From the NCBI GenBank assembly GCA_035548535.1, contig DASZSS010000245.1, positions 483 through 64,482 on the forward strand: DNA of 64,000 bases. The letters run 5' to 3'. The notes beneath the pieces were generated by a model. It was given only the letters and a program-made list of their open reading frames with translations, did no database searches and was not told where the DNA came from. Made by a program: the position numbers and the translations under genes. This stretch comes from Steroidobacteraceae bacterium. Lineage in GTDB: Bacteria; Pseudomonadota; Gammaproteobacteria; Steroidobacterales; Steroidobacteraceae. Below, one piece after another: positions 55,620 through 63,710 of the stretch; within the stretch, counting starts at the first letter, position 1; each line of letters starts with the position of its first letter.

Positions 55620-56918
55620 ATGACCAATAGCTCGTCCGGCAATAGGTCGGCTGTACGCGTGAGCCCGTGGCAGCTCGTTCTCGCGCTCACCGTCGTGACG
55701 TGCGTGCTGGTGCTGGCACAGGTTCCCGTTGCGACCTGGGCAACGACGGCAACCGTGAGTCTGGCGCTCGGAGCATCGGCTCTCGTGCTCATGGGTGCCG
55801 CGGCTCTGCTGGCCGCTCGCTTCCCGGCTGTCGAGTCGCTGCTCGGGGGGCTCGATCGGGTGTACGTCGCGCACAAGTGGCTCGCCGTGTGGGCGCTCGC
55901 CTTCGCGTCGTTTCATCTCATCTTTCAAGCGGAGCTGCGCGAATGGCCGCTCGCATCGATCCTTACCCTGCCGCGACCGGCGACCCGTCTCGTGCGTCAG
56001 GCGAGCTTCGTCGCGCTGATGCTCATCGTCATGCTCGCACTGAACCGAAAGATCCCGTATCACCGCTGGCGACTGTGGCACAAGCTTTCGGGTCCCCTCT
56101 ACCTGATCGTGATCTTGCATGCGTTGAGCGTGCGCAGCCCGATTCCGCTCGCCACGCCAGCCGGCATCTGGCTTGCGCTCGTCGCCGGGCTCGGCGTGAT
56201 CGGTGCGGCGTACAAGCTGCTGCTCTACCGATTCGTCTCACCGCATGCCGAGTACCGCGTAGTCGAAGTGGCTCCGGGACCGGCGGGAATGCACCTGAAG
56301 CTCGAACCCGTGGAACACCCCGTCGCCTTCGCGCCCGGGCAGTTCGGTTTCCTGAGAATGAAATCCGAAGGGCTATGGGAGCCGCACCCGTTCACGATTG
56401 CGGCCGGCGGCAGTCCCGAGCAGCGGGTCGAGTTTCTCATCCGGAATTTGGGCGACTACACGCACAAGCTCGTGCGGGAGACCACGCCCGGGATGTACGC
56501 CGAAATCTACGCGCCGTACGGCCGCTTCACGCGCCTGCCCGCCGCGCAGCGGGAGATCTGGATTGCCGGGGGCGTGGGCGTCTCACCGTTTGTCGCGTGG
56601 CTCAGCGATCCGACTGCCGAGTGCTCCGAACGCATCACATTCTTCTACTTCTTCACACCGGGGCGCGCGCTGCCGAGCCCCGAAGTCCTCGGGCAACTCG
56701 CGCACCAAAGAGGCGTGGAATACGTGCCGGTGGCACGGGGGCCGTCCAGCGAGGAGTTCACCGGGCGCTTCCGAGAGATCGTCGCGCGGCAGGGTGGCGG
56801 TAAGGTGAATATCAGCTTCTGCGGCCCGAAGGGACTGCTCGAGAACGTTCGCAGGCTCATGCGCGAGATGCGGGTGCCGGACTCGCACCTGCGCTACGAA
56901 TACTTCGAATTTCGGTGA
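55620..56918 (+). CDS. ferric-reductase-like transmembrane protein with FAD/NAD(P)-binding domains (NOX/FRE-like)
   Basis: 432 aa. The N-terminus has six TM segments carrying His residues. The HPFTIAAGG motif and the IWIAGGVGVSPFVAW nucleotide-binding motif are present. Confidence 0.8.
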   Translation: MTNSSSGNRSAVRVSPWQLVLALTVVTCVLVLAQVPVATWATTATVSLALGASALVLMGAAALLAARFPAVESLLGGLDRVYVAHKWLAVWALAFASFHLIFQAELREWPLASILTLPRPATRLVRQASFVALMLIVMLALNRKIPYHRWRLWHKLSGPLYLIVILHALSVRSPIPLATPAGIWLALVAGLGVIGAAYKLLLYRFVSPHAEYRVVEVAPGPAGMHLKLEPVEHPVAFAPGQFGFLRMKSEGLWEPHPFTIAAGGSPEQRVEFLIRNLGDYTHKLVRETTPGMYAEIYAPYGRFTRLPAAQREIWIAGGVGVSPFVAWLSDPTAECSERITFFYFFTPGRALPSPEVLGQLAHQRGVEYVPVARGPSSEEFTGRFREIVARQGGGKVNISFCGPKGLLENVRRLMREMRVPDSHLRYEYFEFR

Positions 56919-57024
56919 GAGCGCCGCGCCGCGTTAGCCGACGCCCTCGCAACCCCGTTCACGGCCTACCCACCCAGTCCAAACCCCGCGCATCCGGTCC
57001 GCCGATCGCGTCCCCGCGCCGCCG

Positions 57025-57615
57025 TTGACCACAGGCTGTAAGCTGTGCGCCATGCTTGTTCGCCCAGACCGGGTCATCGCCGCACGGCCGATCGCACCAC
57101 TCCTTGCCGCCGGAGTTGTTGCGCTTGTTCTCGCGGGAACAGCGGCATTCCTGTTTCGCTCGCACGCGGCTCGCGTGCCGCAGGCACTGCACCTTGCCGA
57201 CGGCACTGAGGCCTTCTTTCTCGCAAGCACGCGCGTTGAGCCCGCTGCCACGTACCCGCGCCCGCGGGAGATGCGGATCGACGGGGAGGCGTTCCTGCGA
57301 GTGCCGGCAGGAACCGAGCCGCTGATCGTGCGCACGCGGTTGTTCGTGCTGACCGTGACCGGCGAATCGGCGTTGCGCGTGACAGCGTTCTGGAAGCAGA
57401 CGGGCGAGCAGGTGGAAGTGCTCTCGGGCCACGTCCAAGCCAGGAAGTCGTACCCGTCGCAGTACAGCGAGCCGGACGAGCTGAGCGGCGGCGAGATGTC
57501 GATGGTCAACCAGACCATCGATCTCATGGAAAAGGAGAAATTCGATCCCGCGCCGCTGCGCCGCTGGAGCGAGGAATTGATCGCGTCCGCGCGGGCGGCG
57601 GCGCGCACGCACTAG
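57025..57615 (+). CDS. short FecR-domain protein
   Basis: 196 aa. An N-terminal TM is followed by a FecR-like block LADGTEAFFLASTRVE...MRIDGEAFLRVPAGTEPLIVRTRLFVLTVTGESALRV. Confidence 0.6.
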   Translation: MTTGCKLCAMLVRPDRVIAARPIAPLLAAGVVALVLAGTAAFLFRSHAARVPQALHLADGTEAFFLASTRVEPAATYPRPREMRIDGEAFLRVPAGTEPLIVRTRLFVLTVTGESALRVTAFWKQTGEQVEVLSGHVQARKSYPSQYSEPDELSGGEMSMVNQTIDLMEKEKFDPAPLRRWSEELIASARAAARTH

Positions 57616-57954
57616 CCGGGGCCAGTACATGCACCGGCGCCAGCACATTCGACCGGCGCCAGTACATTCGACCGGCGCCAGCACACTCAACCGGCGCCAG
57701 CGCATTCAACCGGTGCCAGCACATTCAACCGGTGCCAGCACATTCAACCGGTGCGCAACAGTCGTCCCGGCGCCAATGCACTACGACCGGCGCCAGCACA
57801 CTCAACCGGCCAGCACACTCAACCGGCGCCAGCACACTCAACCGGCCAGCACACTCAACCGGCGCCAGCACACTCAACCGGCGCCAGCACATTCAAACGG
57901 TGCGCAACAGTCGTCCCGGCGCCAATGCACTACGACCGGCGTCAGCACGTTCCC
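57616..57954. repeat. 18-unit tandem array of a 19-bp repeat (CCGGCGCCAGCACAYTCRA; variants of 17-20 bp) with higher-order duplication
   Basis: Unit boundaries were read directly (57616, 57634, 57653, 57672 ... 57936). A 43-bp stretch GGTGCGCAACAGTCGTCCCGGCGCCAATGCACTACGACCGGCG occurs twice, at 57750-57792 and 57899-57941. There are no unique spacers. Confidence 0.9.
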
Positions 57955-58021
57955 TGTCAACGGCTCGCGCGACCGTGCGCTCCTCTCCGCCTCTTCCAGT
58001 CCGAGATGGAGCTTCACAACA

Positions 58022-58411
58022 ATGTTGCGTTCACTTCTCTTCGCATTCCTCGCGCTGACGGCCATCGCGGTCACACCTGCCGCCGAGCTCACCCAAGAGC
58101 AACAGCAGGCGCTCGAGACCAAGGTCCAGGAGCTGCGCGAGCGCCTCGCGCTCACACCCGAACAGGAGCAGAAAATCGCGCCGCTCCTCGAAGCGCGTAA
58201 CCAGAAGCTGCGCGAGATGCGGGCAAAATATGGCGACAATCCGTCGCTCCGTGACAAGCGCGCCATGCTGCGCGAGGGCAAGGCGATCCAGGAAAGCTTC
58301 GACGCGCAGCTTCGCCCGATTCTGACGGCCGAGCAGATGAGCGAGTGGCAGAAGGTCCGGGATGAAATGCGGGCGAACGCGCGCGAGCGCTACCGCAATC
58401 GTCGGGGCTGA
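58022..58411 (+). CDS. periplasmic Spy/CpxP-family (LTXXQ-motif) protein
   Basis: 129 aa from the ATG at 58022. The signal peptide is MLRSLLFAFLALTAIAVTPAA. Three LTxxQ motifs are present (LTQEQ, LTPEQ, LTAEQ). Confidence 0.75.
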   Translation: MLRSLLFAFLALTAIAVTPAAELTQEQQQALETKVQELRERLALTPEQEQKIAPLLEARNQKLREMRAKYGDNPSLRDKRAMLREGKAIQESFDAQLRPILTAEQMSEWQKVRDEMRANARERYRNRRG

Positions 58412-58513
58412 CGAGCGCTGAGCGGACGACGGGCCGAATCCCGGTGCGTCGGCCGCTCTCGTCCACGGAGGCCGCGTGGCGCTCATCGGCGAGTGAGATC
58501 GACTTCGGCGCGC

Positions 58514-58627
58514 ATGCAAGACCGTCGCCACCCGGGCCCCGCGGATGCAAGACCGTCGCCACCCCGGCCCGCGGATGCGAGAACTTCGCCACCCGATCCG
58601 CGGCTGCGAAACCGTCGCCAATCGGCC
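58514..58627. repeat. four tandem ~30-bp direct repeats (ATGCAAGACCGTCGCCACCC(G)GGCCCCGCGG and decayed copies)
   Basis: The units are 58514-58544, 58545-58574, 58575-58603 and 58604-58627. The array ends 40 nt upstream of the ATG at 58667. Confidence 0.85.
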
Positions 58628-58666
58628 TCTTTACTTTGCGATGCAGAGTACTCTAGAGTGCCCGGC

Positions 58667-59278
58667 ATGCAGACCAACACTCCCGTGCCGATCGAAAGCC
58701 GCGCGCTGGGAACGCTCAGCTACATCCGCGCATCCATCGACGCAGCGGGGTCGCTGGCGGTGCCCGGTGCGGCTGGCATCGTCATGGGAACGCTCGGCAC
58801 GACGGCCGCCGTCGTCGCGTCACTCCCGGCTTTCCGCAGTCGCTGGATCGAGATCTGGATGATCGCGGCAGTCGCCGCCTTCATCGTCGGCGGCGCGCTC
58901 GTGATGCGGCAGTCCACGCGGCGCCGCGCCGTGCTGTCGAGCCCGATCCGCAAGTTCCTGCTCTGCCTGTGCCCGGCGCTGCTCGCGGGCGCGGTGCTGA
59001 CGTTTACGCTCTGGCGCGCCGGCACCGAACGTCTGATTCCGGGCGTGTGGCTGCTCCTCTATGGCTGCGCGGTGATTTCCGCGAGCACCGTCACGAGCGC
59101 GCCCAACTCGCGCCTGATCGGCTCGATGGGCGGGATTTTCGCCGCGCTCGGCCTCATCGCGCTCGGCGCGCCCGCGGCGAGCCACACCCTGATCCTCGGG
59201 TTCGGGTTCGGCGTGCTGCACCTGATCTTCGGCATTCTGATCGGCCACATGAACCACGGATACCTGGATGAGCAGTAA
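58667..59278 (+). CDS. integral membrane protein (5-6 TM), unknown function
   Basis: 203 aa from the ATG at 58667. Hydrophobic segments run throughout. The 3' end overlaps the next gene by 11 nt. Confidence 0.65.
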   Translation: MQTNTPVPIESRALGTLSYIRASIDAAGSLAVPGAAGIVMGTLGTTAAVVASLPAFRSRWIEIWMIAAVAAFIVGGALVMRQSTRRRAVLSSPIRKFLLCLCPALLAGAVLTFTLWRAGTERLIPGVWLLLYGCAVISASTVTSAPNSRLIGSMGGIFAALGLIALGAPAASHTLILGFGFGVLHLIFGILIGHMNHGYLDEQ

Positions 59279-59672
59279 ATCGAGTACCGCGAAGCGCGGC
59301 GACTCCGCCGGCACGCGCACCGCGGCGCGAGCAGCGCCGAAACCCGTGCCCGTCCCGCGCCCGTCGCAAGCGAGCGAGGACGCGCGCTTCGACCGGCTCG
59401 TCTACGAGCGCGTGCGCCTCGGCATCATGAGCGCGCTCGCGGTGAACGAGCGGCTCACATTCAACGAGCTGAAGTCGCTCTTCGACGTGAGTGACGGCAA
59501 CCTGTCCGCGCATGCGCGCAAGCTGGAAGAAGCCGGCTACATCGAGTGCACGAAATCCTTCGAGGGCCGCCGGCCGAAGTCGGAGTACCGCATCACGGGC
59601 ACTGGACGCAAAGCGCTGCATCGCTACCTCGAGCACATCGAAGCGGTGATCAAGGCGACGCGCCGCGCCTAA
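59268..59672 (+). CDS. winged-helix transcriptional regulator (HTH_34-like)
   Basis: 134 aa. The typical family signature is VYERVRLGIMSALAVNERLTFNELKSLFDVSDGNLSAHARKLEEAGYIECTKSFEGRRPKSEYRITGTGRKAL. Confidence 0.7.
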   Translation: MSSKSSTAKRGDSAGTRTAARAAPKPVPVPRPSQASEDARFDRLVYERVRLGIMSALAVNERLTFNELKSLFDVSDGNLSAHARKLEEAGYIECTKSFEGRRPKSEYRITGTGRKALHRYLEHIEAVIKATRRA

Positions 59673-59720
59673 CCCCGAAATTTTTTTGCGCAGTCACTCT
59701 ACGATACAAAGCTCTCTGCA

Positions 59721-60413
59721 ATGCACGTGGCAATCATCATGGATGGCAATGGTCGATGGGCAACGCGACGCGGCCTGCCGCGAACGGTGGGCCACGTCGA
59801 GGGAGCGAAGGCGGTGCGCGCGACGGTGGAAGCCGCGGCGCGCGCCGGCATCGAAACGCTCACGCTGTACGCGTTCTCCGCCGCGAACTGGCAGCGCCCG
59901 CGCGGCGAGGTCGACGGGCTGATGTTCCTCTTCCGCCGCTATCTCTTCACCGAAACGCGCCGCTGCATCGACGAATCCATCCGGCTCAACGTGATCGGCC
60001 GGCGCGACCGCCTCGATGAGAGCCTGCTGCGCGCGATCCAGCAGAGCGAGCAGCTCACAGCGGGCGGCACCCGCATGCACTTGCGGATCGCCGTCGACTA
60101 CTCCTCTCAGTTCAGCCTGCTTGCCGCCGCGCGCCGTTCGCGACGCATGGCCAACGTCACCGCGCAGGATTTCCGCCGGCTGCTGAACGAAGTCGACCAC
60201 TCCGCTGTCGAGGCGCCGGAGGTCGATCTGCTCATCCGCACCGGCGGCGAGCAGCGCCTCAGCGACTTCCTGCTCTGGGAATGCGCCTACGCGGAGCTGC
60301 ACTTCACCGATTGCCTGTGGCCGGACTTCGACGAAGCGCATTTCCAGCGCGCGCTCGAGGACTACGCCGGTCGTGCACGGCGCTTCGGCCGCGTGAATTC
60401 GGAAGCGCAGTGA
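59721..60413 (+). CDS. uppS: cis-prenyltransferase (undecaprenyl-diphosphate synthase family)
   Basis: 230 aa. Motifs are HVAIIMDGNGRWA, LYAFSAANWQRP and LIRTGGEQRLSDFLLWECAYAELHF. Confidence 0.9.
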   Translation: MHVAIIMDGNGRWATRRGLPRTVGHVEGAKAVRATVEAAARAGIETLTLYAFSAANWQRPRGEVDGLMFLFRRYLFTETRRCIDESIRLNVIGRRDRLDESLLRAIQQSEQLTAGGTRMHLRIAVDYSSQFSLLAAARRSRRMANVTAQDFRRLLNEVDHSAVEAPEVDLLIRTGGEQRLSDFLLWECAYAELHFTDCLWPDFDEAHFQRALEDYAGRARRFGRVNSEAQ

Positions 60414-60444
60414 TCTTTTCACTCACCCGCGAAGGAGTCCTCCC

Positions 60445-60690
60445 ATGAAAGCATTCGCGACGATCGGCCTCGGCTCGCTCGGGACCATCAGCTTCCAGCA
60501 CGCGATCAGCGCGCTGCCCGCCGACCGCCCGCACGGCGTCGCCGCCGACGCATGGATCCGTCTCGATGACAAGCTCGGCGTCGTCATCGCGTCCCGCAAG
60601 CCGAACGGCGGCGTGAGCGGATATTTCGTCGTCAAGGAAGGCGGCTCGTGGCATCGCCTGATCACCGACAGCGGCGCCGAATCGCTATGA
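60445..60690 (+). CDS. small hypothetical protein
   Basis: 81-aa ORF with coding-like codon bias. It fits exactly between uppS and the transporter gene. No motif is recognised. Confidence 0.35.
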   Translation: MKAFATIGLGSLGTISFQHAISALPADRPHGVAADAWIRLDDKLGVVIASRKPNGGVSGYFVVKEGGSWHRLITDSGAESL

Positions 60691-60699
60691 TCGGGGCCA

Positions 60700-61704
60700 G
60701 TGCCGAATCCGCTCCGCTCCCTCTCCGTCGATCCTTTCATCGTCGCCCTGATCGGCGCGGCTGCGCTCGGCTTTCTCGTGCCGGCGACGGGCGCAGTCGC
60801 CCCGATCGTCTCGTATGTGACGAAGGCATCGATCGCGCTGCTGTTCTTCTTGCAAGGCGTGCGGCTGCAGCGCGCTGCGGTGATTGCGGGCCTGACGCAC
60901 TGGCGACTGCAGCTACTGACGCTTGCCTGCACGTTTGCGCTCTTCCCGGTGCTGGGGCTCGCGCTTCGCGCCACCGTGCCCGGGCTGCTCGACCCGTCTC
61001 TGTGGATCGGCGTGCTGTTCCTGTGCGCGTTACCGTCGACGGTTCAGAGCTCCATCGCCTTCACCTCGATCGCGAAGGGCAACGTCGCCGCGGCAATCTG
61101 CGCGGCCACCGCCTCGAACCTCATCGGCATCGTGCTGACGCCGCTCCTCGTCGCGGCACTGCTGAACCTGCATGCGGGCGCCTCGCCGCTGGAACAGATC
61201 GAGAGCATCGTTCTGCAGCTCCTCGTTCCGTTCATCGCGGGCCAGATCGCGAGTCGCTGGTTGCGCCCGTGGGCGATGCGTCACGCGAGGCTGCTCACGA
61301 TCAGCGATCGCGGCTCGATTATCCTCATCGTCTACGCGGCATTCAGCGCCGCCGTGCAGGCCGGCGCATGGGCCAGGCTCTCATGGATGGACATCGTGAA
61401 GGTAATCGCCATCTGCGCCGGGCTGCTCGCGATCGCGCTCGCCGCCACACGCTTCGCGAGCCGCGCCGCGCGCTTCGCCCGTGAAGACGAAATCGCCGTG
61501 GTGTTCTGCGGCTCGAAGAAATCCCTTGCGACGGGCGTGCCGATGGCGAACATCCTGTTCCCGGCCGCGACGGTCGGTCTCGCGATCCTGCCGGTGATGG
61601 TGTTTCACCAGATCCAGTTGATGGTCTGTGCAGGCCTCGCCCGCCGCTGGGCGTCGCGGGCCCTCGCCGCCGAGCGCGCCGAAACTGGACCGCCCGTCAC
61701 GTGA
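60700..61704 (+). CDS. bile acid:sodium symporter (BASS/SBF-like) family transporter
   Basis: 334 aa and polytopic. The N-terminus DPFIVALIGAAALGFLVPATG...LFFLQGVRL and the block CALPSTVQSSIAFTSIAKGN are typical of the family. Confidence 0.7.
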   Translation: MPNPLRSLSVDPFIVALIGAAALGFLVPATGAVAPIVSYVTKASIALLFFLQGVRLQRAAVIAGLTHWRLQLLTLACTFALFPVLGLALRATVPGLLDPSLWIGVLFLCALPSTVQSSIAFTSIAKGNVAAAICAATASNLIGIVLTPLLVAALLNLHAGASPLEQIESIVLQLLVPFIAGQIASRWLRPWAMRHARLLTISDRGSIILIVYAAFSAAVQAGAWARLSWMDIVKVIAICAGLLAIALAATRFASRAARFAREDEIAVVFCGSKKSLATGVPMANILFPAATVGLAILPVMVFHQIQLMVCAGLARRWASRALAAERAETGPPVT

Positions 61705-61764
61705 GCCTTGACCGCTCTCCGGCGGTCCGCAGACTCGAACGCCAGCCGAAAAGGGGCCCGGGCC

Positions 61765-62014
61765 ATGAAGATCGCGGACCTGTTCAAGGTGGAAGGCTAC
61801 GGCGTAGTCGTCACCGGCGGCGCGAGCGGGCTCGGGCCACGCGCACAACCCCGCGACGCAGGAGGCGGTGGCGCGCAGCGTACCGATGCACCGCGTCGGC
61901 TGGCCGAAGGACACCGCCACGCTGGCCCTCTTCCTTGCTTCGCCCGCCTCCGCGTATCTGACGGGCCAGCAGATCGTCATCGACAGCGGCTGGGGCCTCG
62001 GTGAAGTGGACTGA
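61765..62014 (+). pseudogene. short-chain dehydrogenase/reductase remnant with large internal deletion and frameshift
   Basis: The N-terminus MKIADLFKVEGYGVVVTGGASGLG (Rossmann TGxxxGxG) is joined near 61836-61840 to an SDR C-terminus ...VPMHRVGWPKDTATLALFLASPASAYLTGQQIVIDSGW in a different frame. The stop is at 62012-62014, and 62012-61765=247 is not divisible by 3. Confidence 0.75.
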
Positions 62015-62101
62015 CCGCGGCGGTTTTGATTAACGTTCCCGGGCGGGGCGGACGGGCGCCCCCAACCATTCCGACACAATCGACAACGAGGTCTAAAAAC
62101 T

Positions 62102-62485
62102 ATGAAGGCGCTCTACTCCTTGGCGGTGCTCGCCGCACTGGCCGCCGGCTCCGCACACGCGGCCTGCTCGTACCCCAAGGCGCCGGACAACATCCCCGAC
62201 GGCAACACCGCGACGCTGGAGCAGATGATCGCCGCGCAGAAGGCCGTCAAGCAGTTCGATCAGGAGATCAGCGCGTACACCGCGTGCCTGAAGCTCGAGA
62301 ACGACAACGCGCTCGCGCAGGTCGACCAAAGCGAGAACGACCCGAAGAAGAAAGAAGAGCAGAAGAAGGAGCTCGAGCGCGTGCAGATCCAGAAGCACAA
62401 CGCCGCCGTCGAGGAGGACGAGGCGCTGGCCCAGCGTTTCAACGAGCAGCTGAAGGTCTTCAAGGCCAAGGCCGCCAAGAAATAG
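62102..62485 (+). CDS. small secreted, Lys/Glu-rich helical protein
   Basis: 127 aa. The signal peptide is MKALYSLAVLAALAAGSAHA|AC. It has two Cys and a highly charged helical C-half. Confidence 0.55.
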   Translation: MKALYSLAVLAALAAGSAHAACSYPKAPDNIPDGNTATLEQMIAAQKAVKQFDQEISAYTACLKLENDNALAQVDQSENDPKKKEEQKKELERVQIQKHNAAVEEDEALAQRFNEQLKVFKAKAAKK

Positions 62486-62499
62486 CGTCGCGCAGTCCC

Positions 62500-63699
62500 G
62501 TGCTCACACCGGCCGAAGCGGAGAAACTGATCGGGGAGCGCCTCGCGTGCCTGCCGATCGAATCCCTGCCGCTCGCGCAGTGCGCGGGCGCGGTGCTGCG
62601 CGAGAACATCTATGCCGAGCGTGACCAGCCGCCCTTCGACCGCGTGGCCATGGATGGCGTCGCGCTCCAGAGCGAAGCGTTTCGCGCGGGGGAGCGGCGC
62701 TACAAGATCCAGGCCGTGCAGGGTGCCGGCGACCCCGCGCTGACCCTCAGCTCGCCCACGGCCTGTATTGAAGTGATGACCGGCGCGGTGCTGCCGGCGG
62801 AGTGCGACGCCGTCGTTCCCGTCGAGCAGATCTCGAGCCGCAACGGCGAGATCGAAGTCGCGCCGGGCGTCGCGGTCGAGCCGTGGCAGAACGTGCACCG
62901 GCGCGGCAGCGACTCGCGGCAGGGCGCGCTGCTGCTCTCGGCGGGCACGCGCCTCACGGCACCGGAAGTGGCGATCGCGGCCTCGGCCGGGATGGCGCGC
63001 GTGCGCGTCAGCTCGCAGCCGATGGTGATCGTGATCTCGACGGGCAACGAGCTCGTCGAGCCCGGCGAGCCGATCCTGCCGCACCAGATCCGGCGCTCGA
63101 ACGTCTACGCCATCGTGAGCGCGCTGCGCCGGCACGGGTTTCAGCGGGTGGCCGACGATCACCTCCGCGACGACGCCGACCAGCTACGCGAGCGCCTGAA
63201 ATTCCACCTCGACACGCACGACGTGCTGGTCCTGAGCGGCGGCGTGTCGATGGGCCGCTTCGACCTCGTGCCCAAGGTTCTGCAGGAGCTGGGCGTCGAA
63301 ATGGTGTTCCACAAGGTGGCGCAGCGCCCCGGCAAGCCGCTCTGGTTCGGGATGGCTCAGACCGGCGCCGCGGTCTTCGCGCTGCCCGGCAACCCGGTCT
63401 CCACGCTCGTCTGCCTCGCCCGCTACGTGGTGCCGGCGCTATTTGCCTCGATGGGCCAGACGCCCGCGCGACCCGAAAAAATTGCGCTCGGCGCCCCGGT
63501 CACCGTCGGCGCGAACCTCGCCTCGTTCATGCCCGTTCGCGTCGAGATCGACGATTGGGGCCGCGCGTGGGCGTCTCCATCGCCGACGAATGGCTCCGGC
63601 GACTTCGTCGCCCTCGCCGGCACCGACGGCTTCGTCGAGCTGCCGTCCGGGCCGAACACCTATCCAAAGGGGTTTGTCAGCCGGCTCTACCGGTGGTAA
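62500..63699 (+). CDS. moeA: molybdopterin molybdenumtransferase MoeA
   Basis: 399 aa from the GTG at 62500 (the ORF-track extension overlaps the previous gene). Motifs are [28 protein letters not shown] and [13 protein letters not shown]. Confidence 0.85.
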   Translation: MLTPAEAEKLIGERLACLPIESLPLAQCAGAVLRENIYAERDQPPFDRVAMDGVALQSEAFRAGERRYKIQAVQGAGDPALTLSSPTACIEVMTGAVLPAECDAVVPVEQISSRNGEIEVAPGVAVEPWQNVHRRGSDSRQGALLLSAGTRLTAPEVAIAASAGMARVRVSSQPMVIVISTGNELVEPGEPILPHQIRRSNVYAIVSALRRHGFQRVADDHLRDDADQLRERLKFHLDTHDVLVLSGGVSMGRFDLVPKVLQELGVEMVFHKVAQRPGKPLWFGMAQTGAAVFALPGNPVSTLVCLARYVVPALFASMGQTPARPEKIALGAPVTVGANLASFMPVRVEIDDWGRAWASPSPTNGSGDFVALAGTDGFVELPSGPNTYPKGFVSRLYRW

Positions 63700-63710
63700 C
63701 AACCCCTCCT

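Noticed and set aside
57629-58021. ORF 57629-58411 reading through the 19-bp array as a repeat protein (RRQHTQPASTLN...) fused to the Spy-like protein.
   Set aside because: The 19-bp period is not divisible by 3 and several frames are open across the array. The downstream protein has its own Met followed by a classical signal peptide at 58022.
57616-58627. Possible CRISPR array, given the two tandem-repeat blocks.
   Set aside because: The repeats are directly abutting with no unique spacers. The units are 19 bp and ~30 bp without the CRISPR repeat-spacer periodicity, and no cas genes are present.
61708-62004. 98-aa ORF 61708-62004 as a real small protein.
   Set aside because: It is a frame artefact spanning the SDR pseudogene. 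The genuine N- and C-terminal SDR motifs lie in two different frames.
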